A stretch of 32,000 nt of DNA from NCBI RefSeq assembly GCF_000020025.1, contig NC_010628.1, positions 3,330,001-3,362,000 on the forward strand, given 5' to 3'. This DNA is from Nostoc punctiforme PCC 73102. Lineage in GTDB: Bacteria > Cyanobacteriota > Cyanobacteriia > Cyanobacteriales > Nostocaceae. The stretch's first letter is position 1; every line of letters starts with the position of its first letter. The position numbers and the translations under genes are program-made. The notes beneath the pieces are model-generated. The model was given only the letters and a program-made list of their open reading frames with translations, was not told where the DNA came from and made no database searches. Positions 26,200 through 32,000 of this stretch are shown here, piece after piece.

Positions 26200-26456
26200 G
26201 CACTTGCTTCCTTCTTCTTTGTCAAAGGAAGTTCCACAAAAACATCCCGCACCATCTCTGCACCATAGGCGATACAAGCCAGCACATCTTCTCTTTCTAT
26301 ACTTGGATAAGCTTCAAGAACTTCTTCGATTGTTGTACCACCAGCTAAATAGTCCAAAATTAGTGATACCCAAATCCGATGTCCGCGAATGCACGGTTTA
26401 CCGAAACAAATGTTCGGGTCGATAGAAATTCGAGACAGCAAATCATTGTCACTCAT
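26196..26456 (-). CDS. DUF433-domain putative antitoxin (second copy)
   Basis: 86 aa, …ISIDPNICFGKPCIRGHRIWVSLILDYLAGGTTIEEVLEAYPSIEREDVLACIAYGA…. Confidence 0.82.
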   Translation of the reverse strand: MSDNDLLSRISIDPNICFGKPCIRGHRIWVSLILDYLAGGTTIEEVLEAYPSIEREDVLACIAYGAEMVRDVFVELPLTKKKEASA

Positions 26457-26507
26457 ACTGCTTTACCTTTAATAGCGTCTAGTTCTAAGATATCCCCTCT
26501 AACTCTT

Positions 26508-26550
26508 TCCCTCTCCGAGTCGGAGAGGGACGGTTTTACATAGTAAAACC
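26508..26550. repeat. Two adjacent perfect hairpins (small dispersed repeat type)
   Basis: tccctctccg-agt-cggagaggga (26508-26530, 10-bp stem) and ggttttac-ata-gtaaaacc (26532-26550, 8-bp stem). Confidence 0.7.
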
Positions 26551-27158
26551 AGGGAGAGGTCTTAACATCCTTGACAAAAGTACACTTCCATAAGATGCAC
26601 TCATGTAACCGTTATTTGCGATCGCCTCTAACCATCTACACTACGTAAGTAAGACAAATGACGTAATAACAAGGCTTACAGACATAAATTCTGAAAATTA
26701 AAGAAAAAAATAATTACTAATTGCCTAAAAATTCCGGTTTTTTTGGCTTTGGGGTGATAAATAAAAATAATAGCGCTGAATGTCATGCTTCCTACCACGG
26801 AGGATTACTGAAATTCTTCGCTGCCTTCAGGATGACTACTGAACATCAAATAACATCTGCCGCCAATCAGTTTTTTGTTGGAGATGCTGTTACATCAAAA
26901 GGCTCTACCACAAAACTTGCTCTAGATGTATCTAAGTAACTATGCTGAGAAAGTGTAAAGATGTCACCGTATCTAGGAGTGAATTTTAAAGCAATTGTAA
27001 AGGAATTTGTACCATTTTGGCAGGTTTTGATCGGAAAGATGGGATATTAGTAGATTGTACAAATCTTTATTGTTATTCACTATCTACCGATAACTGCTAA
27101 GTACAGCAAATACCGACAGAGATAAATTTAAGTAATTTAGCGAAGTAGGAAATAATAC

Positions 27159-28400
27159 ATGGTATTATCACTGTCTTCTCATAACGTTATCCAGTATCTG
27201 CAAGAAGCGGGGCTGTGTAGCTCAGAAGATGACGCATCAGATAAATCTGAGTTGCCAGGAAGTAGTAAGAACAATTCCGATTTACTCGTGACTCTAGCAG
27301 ATAATCGTAAACTGCTCGTTAAACAAGAACATAACGTTAAAAACAATGACGTAGCTCCTCGTGAATTGTTTCAGGAGTGGCTATTTCATCAGTTGCTCCA
27401 GCAGTTTCCTGTTCTCGGCAATATTTCCGCGATCGCACCGTTGGTAGTTCATTTTGATGAAGAAAATTCCATCCTTGTCCGCAACTACTTAAGTGAATAT
27501 CTTAAGCTTGCGACATTCTACCACAACAATGAGATTTTTCCACAAGAAATTGCCACTGCGATCGGTACTACTTTGGCAGGACTCCATCGCGCAACCTACA
27601 ATCGCCGAGAATATCGGGATTTTATGGCAACTGCTCCCCAAGGAGAGTTTCGCTATGGCTTTTACAATCCGGCGCAAGGGGTAGAGTCAATTGGGCCGGA
27701 GATTTTTGGGACGGTTCCCACGGAGGCGCTGAAATTCTATCTACTCTACCAGCAATCGGAGAGTTTGGAATCTGCGATCGCAGATTTGGCGTATGACTGG
27801 AATCCTTGCTGCTTGACTCATAATGACCTGAAATTGAACAATATCTTGGTTCATTCCAGGTGGAAAAAACTAGACAATTGCCTAGTAAGACTAATTAATT
27901 GGGAAGCTTGTTCTTGGGGAGATCCAGCTTTTGATTTAGGAACTTTACTAGCAAGCTATTTACGAATTTGGCTCAATAGCCTCGTCGTAGATCCCACCAT
28001 TGAGTTACAAGAATCTCTACATCTGGCTTTGACACCCTTGGAGAGTTTACAACCCTCAATTATTGCCCTCATTAGAGCTTATCTAAATGCTTTCCCAATG
28101 ATTTTGGAATACCGCAGTGACTTTATTGTGCGCGTTATCCAGTTTGCAGGGCTGGCACTAATTCATCAAATTCAGGATATGATTACCTGCCGGAAATCTT
28201 TTAATAATACTGATATTTGTATGCTCCAAGTGGCTAAAAGTTTACTCACTATGCCGCAGCAAGGTGTACTGACTATTTTCGGAATATCAGAGTCAGAAAT
28301 CCTTAACCCTGTGGGGAAAGTTCATAAACTTCCTCAGCCTGTAAAAGAGCCACAGCTACTTCGTCTTTATTACGAAAAAACTCGGCTTCGTGGTTGTTAA
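27159..28400 (+). CDS. Aminoglycoside-phosphotransferase/choline-kinase-fold protein kinase-like enzyme
   Basis: 413 aa. It has the catalytic loop THNDLKLNNILV (HxDxxxxN) and a downstream …INWEACSWGDPAFDLG… (D-x-x-D/G activation-segment-like motif of the APH family). The RBS aggaaa lies 8 nt upstream of the ATG. Confidence 0.8.
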   Translation: MVLSLSSHNVIQYLQEAGLCSSEDDASDKSELPGSSKNNSDLLVTLADNRKLLVKQEHNVKNNDVAPRELFQEWLFHQLLQQFPVLGNISAIAPLVVHFDEENSILVRNYLSEYLKLATFYHNNEIFPQEIATAIGTTLAGLHRATYNRREYRDFMATAPQGEFRYGFYNPAQGVESIGPEIFGTVPTEALKFYLLYQQSESLESAIADLAYDWNPCCLTHNDLKLNNILVHSRWKKLDNCLVRLINWEACSWGDPAFDLGTLLASYLRIWLNSLVVDPTIELQESLHLALTPLESLQPSIIALIRAYLNAFPMILEYRSDFIVRVIQFAGLALIHQIQDMITCRKSFNNTDICMLQVAKSLLTMPQQGVLTIFGISESEILNPVGKVHKLPQPVKEPQLLRLYYEKTRLRGC

Positions 28401-28430
28401 TAGCAGGGAGCAGAAAAATTATGAATTCTG

Positions 28431-28451
28431 ACTCCTAACTCCTACTCCTGA
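28431..28451. repeat. STRR-like heptamers (ACTCCTA ACTCCTA CTCCTGA) flanked by gaattctg direct repeats
   Basis: Read directly in the 86-bp spacer between the kinase-like and HopA1-like genes. Confidence 0.75.
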
Positions 28452-28486
28452 ATTCTGTTTTTAAAGTTTGAGTTCTAAATGGATTA

Positions 28487-29575
28487 ATGCTAAATTACTC
28501 TATCAATCAACCGCTAAATTCTCTATTTGATATTGCTAAGAATATTCAGATTGAGCCAAATTTTTGTATTTATCATCCCAATTATCAACCCTTTGCTCTG
28601 CCGACTAAAGTAGCCGAGAGATTTCAGCAAAATTCTGTAGATTTACAACAGAAATATCTAACTCTACTGCTGCGAAACTTTCTTTATGGTATCTATTACA
28701 ATGGCTCTCTACAAAGTACTTTAGCAGTCAATACTGATATTAGTAATTGCCCATCAAAGCATAATTTAGCAGATAATTCCATCTTAGAAATTGATTGGAA
28801 CTTTTACGAGCATCTACACGCCAGTAATCACGGCATAGGTTACTTTGACCCTCGATGGCAGGTGTTGCGAAAAGAACCTGATGGGACTATGGCTGTAACT
28901 AAAGGCGGTTTAACACTTTATGTTGAGCCAGACTGCCATCTCAAATCCAGCAAAAAATCTACCAAAGTGGGCGACATGGTAGCAATTTGGATGCCCAAAA
29001 ATCGATTGCAAAATGGCTCTTACTTGGCAGTTAGTAATGTCGGACAGGAACGGCAAAGCAACCCCGATACTGATTTGGGAGCAGGGCGAATTTACTTTAA
29101 CTTTACGCCATCTGGTGCGATCACTCTCATGGAAAGTCTGACAATGCAATTGAATGCAGCTTCCATTCCCTTTAGCTTTCAGGTTCTTCACAACCCTTCT
29201 GCATACGGACGCTATGATTCGGGGCTACTCTACTTTGAACTCCCCGACTATCCAGCAATCCGTACAATCCTTCAGGCTGTTTATATAGAAAATCAATCTC
29301 ATTTCCAGCCCGAAATCCCCTTATTTACCAAATTTTTAGCCCCAGGTTTAGGTTTAGCTGAGGAACCAACCCAAAAATTTGCCGCACAAGAAAGTTTTGG
29401 GATGAACCGTTGCCAAATTGTCGCCAATGCTTTGTTGGAAGCTTGGCAGAAAGGTAAGAATGCGATGGAGGAACGGATGGGGGTTATTGACCAACACTTT
29501 GCACGACACCTAATAGATTTGCAGCGTCCTTATCTCAATCCCAGTTCTGAGGATATATATAAGCCGTTAAATTGA
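28487..29575 (+). CDS. HopA1-family-like protein (putative phospho-Ser/Thr lyase fold partner of the upstream kinase)
   Basis: 362 aa, on the same strand, 86 nt downstream of the APH-like gene. The family assignment comes from my recollection of how such cyanobacterial proteins (…LLLRNFLYGIYYNG…GYFDPRW…YFNFTPSGA…GRYDSGLLYF…) are annotated. It was not verified by a search. Confidence 0.5.
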   Translation: MLNYSINQPLNSLFDIAKNIQIEPNFCIYHPNYQPFALPTKVAERFQQNSVDLQQKYLTLLLRNFLYGIYYNGSLQSTLAVNTDISNCPSKHNLADNSILEIDWNFYEHLHASNHGIGYFDPRWQVLRKEPDGTMAVTKGGLTLYVEPDCHLKSSKKSTKVGDMVAIWMPKNRLQNGSYLAVSNVGQERQSNPDTDLGAGRIYFNFTPSGAITLMESLTMQLNAASIPFSFQVLHNPSAYGRYDSGLLYFELPDYPAIRTILQAVYIENQSHFQPEIPLFTKFLAPGLGLAEEPTQKFAAQESFGMNRCQIVANALLEAWQKGKNAMEERMGVIDQHFARHLIDLQRPYLNPSSEDIYKPLN

Positions 29576-29587
29576 TTAATTGAGCAT

Positions 29588-29693
29588 GGGGGCGGGCAGG
29601 GAAAGCAGGGGAGGCAGGAAGACAAGGGGGACAAGGGGGAATTATTGAACAAGTCTCTCTCTTGTCTCCCCCCTCTTCCTTGTCTCCCTTGTC
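29588..29693. terminator. Long imperfect G-rich/C-rich palindrome between convergent genes (candidate bidirectional terminator)
   Basis: gacaagggggacaagg (29621-29636) pairs with ccttgtctcccttgtc (29678-29693) at 15 of 16 positions. There are nested inner pairings (acaag…cttgt, ggggga…tccccc). The G-tracts gggggcgggcagggaaagcagggg lie at 29588-29611. Confidence 0.5.
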
Positions 29694-29732
29694 TCTTCTT
29701 CATGTTCAATGCCCAATTCCCAATTCCCAAAT

Positions 29733-30515
29733 TCAAAATTCCACAATTACCGGCGTATGGTCGCTGGGTTGGGTTGATTTTCTGGGTTCGGCATCAATAA
29801 TACAACTTGTAGCACGCTCATACAGCACGGGTGTGAGATAGTGATGGTCAATCCGCCAACCTAAGTTGCGACGAAAGGCGGCGGCGCGATAATCCCACCA
29901 GCTATAATTTCCGCCTTCTGTGGTGAATTTGCGAAAAGCATCAGCAAACCCTAGTTGCAGAATCTCGCGTAAGGCTTGACGCTCGGTTTCTGTTGCCATA
30001 ATGTGATTTTCTGTACTCACTTGTTCGTGAATATCCTTGTCTTCTAGGGCGATGTTGAAGTCACCGCACACACAAATTGCAGGTTCCGACAGCGCAAGCA
30101 CTCGCAAATACTCGTGTAGCGCTGTTAACCAGCGCAGTTTGTATTCATATTTCTCAGTTCCTACTGCTGCACCATTGGGAACATATAAGTTAACAATCCG
30201 AACACCATCAATTACACCTGTTATTACACGCTTTTGCTCATCCCATTCGTGATGTAAATCTGGCAAAATCGCCCTAAACCCGCTACTTACGTTTAAAAGT
30301 GGCTGGCGGCTAATCAGGGCTACGCCATTATAAGATTTTTGTCCTGATATATAAAGGTTATAGCCCAACTGCTCAAAAGGCGATCGCGGAAACTCGGCAT
30401 CCGCAACTTTGGTTTCTTGTAAGCAGAGAACATCAACGGGATTGTTAGTTAACCAATCAGTAACCTGTTCGAGGCGAGTGCGAATTGAGTTGACGTTCCA
30501 AGTAGCGATTTTCAT
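29733..30515 (-). CDS. xth: Exodeoxyribonuclease III (AP endonuclease, EEP fold)
   Basis: 260 aa, MKIATWNVNSIRTRL…LCLQETK…GDFNIA…WWDYR…DHHY…SDHTPV. All hallmark ExoIII/Ape1 motifs are present. Confidence 0.95.
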   Translation of the reverse strand: MKIATWNVNSIRTRLEQVTDWLTNNPVDVLCLQETKVADAEFPRSPFEQLGYNLYISGQKSYNGVALISRQPLLNVSSGFRAILPDLHHEWDEQKRVITGVIDGVRIVNLYVPNGAAVGTEKYEYKLRWLTALHEYLRVLALSEPAICVCGDFNIALEDKDIHEQVSTENHIMATETERQALREILQLGFADAFRKFTTEGGNYSWWDYRAAAFRRNLGWRIDHHYLTPVLYERATSCIIDAEPRKSTQPSDHTPVIVEF

Positions 30516-30971
30516 TAGTTATCAGAATTTTTTGAAACTTAATAATTACAAATTGTGTAATTATTGTACAATTACTTAATATTTATAATTTCTTTTCCAT
30601 TTCCCAATTACGTTTAAACAAACCTTTAATCATTTGATCCCATTGAATATTTTAGTATTGTCAGCTACCAAATATTCAATTTTGTAAGTTCTGCTACAAA
30701 ATATTCTACTTCATTATGATCCTCAAGACAGATGCAACAACTAATTGATTAGTTATACGTTAGAAATGTAACTCAGGGCTGACTTTTGCCGAATAGTCCT
30801 TTATATTTGTAGACAGAAAATTTGCGGGACGGTTAATCGGTATTGCACTTTTGGTAGCCTGTTAGGTTAATTTAAATGTCAAAATAGTAAGTACAAATGC
30901 TCTGTTCTCATACAATAATGATGCAACTCATTATATTGAGGACAATTTCATAGACTGAACCAAAAAAACTT

Positions 30972-32000
30972 ATGAAAATCGCTCAAGTTGCCCCCTTATG
31001 GGAAAGGGTTCCACCTCCTACTTATGGAGGAATAGAACTGGTGGTGAGTCGCTTGACTGATGAACTTGTTCGTCGCGGTCATGAGGTAACATTATTTGCC
31101 TCTGGCGATTCTCAAACTTTGGCTAATTTAGAAGCAGTTTATCCACGTGCATTACGCTTAGACCCGAATGTTAAAGAGTATGCAGTGTACGAAATGCTAG
31201 AACTGAGCAAAGTTTACCAACGTGCTAAAGAATTCGATCTTATCCATTCTCATGTAGGGATTTCGGCATTACCTTTAGCGAGTTTCATAACAGCAACTTC
31301 TACAGTGCATACCCTGCACAATAATTTTACAAACGACACCCGTCACGCATTTAGCTACTACCAGAAGCAACCATACGTCAGCATTAGTAACTCGCAGCGT
31401 CAAGTCGATCTAAATTATGTTGGCACTGTTTATAACGGAATTGAGCTAGCAGATTATCCTTTCGTAGCCCAACCGTCAGAACCTCTATATTTAGCATTTT
31501 TAGGTCGTTTTTCGCCAGAAAAAGGGCCACACCATGCGATCGCTATTGCAAAGCAGAGTGGTTGGCGCTTGAAGATGGCAGGAAAGGTTGATGTCGGCGA
31601 CTCTAAGTTTTTTGAACAAGAGATTGCCCCCCACATTGATGGTCAGCAAATTGAATATCTCGGCGAAATTAACCACGCCGAAAAAACTGAACTTCTGGGC
31701 AATGCTGCCATAACTCTTTTTCCCATTAACTGGCAAGAACCTTTTGGTTTAGTGATGACTGAATCAATGGCAACTGGTACACCAGTAATTGCCATGAATT
31801 TCGGCTCAGTACCTGAAGTAATTGCCCACGGTAAAACAGGTTTTATCTGCAAAAGCTATGCAGAAATGACGGCAATGATTCCCCTAGCTTTGGAACTCAA
31901 TCGTCAAACCTGTCGAAAACATGTAGAAAGCAACTTTAGTGTTAACCAAATGGTTAACGGATATGAAGCTATTTACAGACAAATTATTAAAGACCGTATA
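30972..32000 (+). CDS. GT4-family glycosyltransferase (5' partial; runs off the right edge)
   Basis: It is absent from the ORF track because no stop is reached. My translation is MKIAQVAPLWERVPPPTYGGIELVVSRLTDELVRRGHEVTLFASGDS…GRFSPEKGPHHAI…EPFGLVMTESMATGTPVIA…GKTGF, with the typical GT-B N-terminus and EX7E motif. Confidence 0.9.
   Translation, partial: MKIAQVAPLWERVPPPTYGGIELVVSRLTDELVRRGHEVTLFASGDSQTLANLEAVYPRALRLDPNVKEYAVYEMLELSKVYQRAKEFDLIHSHVGISALPLASFITATSTVHTLHNNFTNDTRHAFSYYQKQPYVSISNSQRQVDLNYVGTVYNGIELADYPFVAQPSEPLYLAFLGRFSPEKGPHHAIAIAKQSGWRLKMAGKVDVGDSKFFEQEIAPHIDGQQIEYLGEINHAEKTELLGNAAITLFPINWQEPFGLVMTESMATGTPVIAMNFGSVPEVIAHGKTGFICKSYAEMTAMIPLALELNRQTCRKHVESNFSVNQMVNGYEAIYRQIIKDRI

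Noticed and set aside
26006-26425. Plus-strand ORFs 26006-26425 and 26094-26348, and the long N-terminal extension of the toxin ORF to 26277.
   Set aside because: They are antisense to, or overlap, the well-supported DUF433/DUF5615 pair. The GTGA start/stop overlap at 26196-26199 gives a toxin of family-typical length.
23318-27045. Candidate targets of the mini-CRISPR psi-spacer. These are GTT-flanked gaaagat… at 23318-23335 (next to the cas10d start), GTG-flanked gtaggaag… on the minus strand at ~26775-26799, ggaaagatgggat at 27033-27045, and gtaggaaa at 27146.
   Set aside because: The matches are only 7-13 nt, need indels or lack PAM-proximal register. By rough expectation for a 64-kb two-strand search they are at chance level, so none is reported as a target.
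29530-29736. A 68-aa minus-strand ORF (MNLGIGNWALNMKKRQGRQGRGGRQ…).
   Set aside because: It lies entirely in the G/C-tract palindrome and heptamer tract between convergent genes. The low-complexity translation comes from structural DNA.
30555-30567. An NtcA-like palindrome GTAattattgTAC and related AATTAC/GTAATT inverted motifs just upstream of xth.
   Set aside because: The spacing is GTA-N7-TAC, not the required N8. The region is generally AT-rich, so short palindromes are expected. It also does not fit the cyanobacterial LexA box as I recall it.
31454-31852. Three minus-strand ORFs of 60-78 aa near the right edge.
   Set aside because: They are antisense to the open, motif-rich GT4 glycosyltransferase frame that runs from 30972 to the window end.

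Overview
The window looks like a Nostocales-type cyanobacterial chromosome segment, judging by HIP1 GCGATCGC octamers, STRR-like heptamer tracts and small GC-run hairpin repeats.

Left part:
- the tail of an unidentified CDS;
- a Uma2-family endonuclease gene broken by an in-frame stop;
- a 2198-aa soluble hybrid histidine kinase. Its first ~1250 aa are a poly-HAMP array (12 phased 276-nt units plus divergent flanks), followed by GAF, coiled coil, HisKA/HATPase and three receiver domains.

Centre: a complete type I-D CRISPR-Cas locus on the minus strand.
- The array has 42 repeats and 41 spacers (8173-11197).
- An IS701-like insertion sequence splits the leader.
- The gene order is cas2-cas1-cas4-cas6-[2OG-Fe(II) oxygenase-like gene]-cas3'-csc1/cas5d-csc2/cas7d-cas10d.

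The most unusual points are:
1. An oxygenase gene is translationally coupled into the cas operon.
2. The region upstream of cas10d is a patchwork. It holds two paralogous DUF433/DUF5615 toxin-antitoxin pairs, gene fragments and an RHH-WYL regulator.
3. The same region holds a degenerate two-repeat mini-CRISPR with a Rho-independent terminator and a weak candidate promoter, a candidate crRNA-like regulatory RNA.
4. The AT-rich interference module shows a compositional break and a non-canonical gene order.

Right part: an APH-like kinase plus HopA1-like protein pair (the architecture of a split Ser/Thr dehydratase), exonuclease III and a partial GT4 glycosyltransferase.

All calls rest on reading the sequence and ORF translations by eye. 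No database searches were run.
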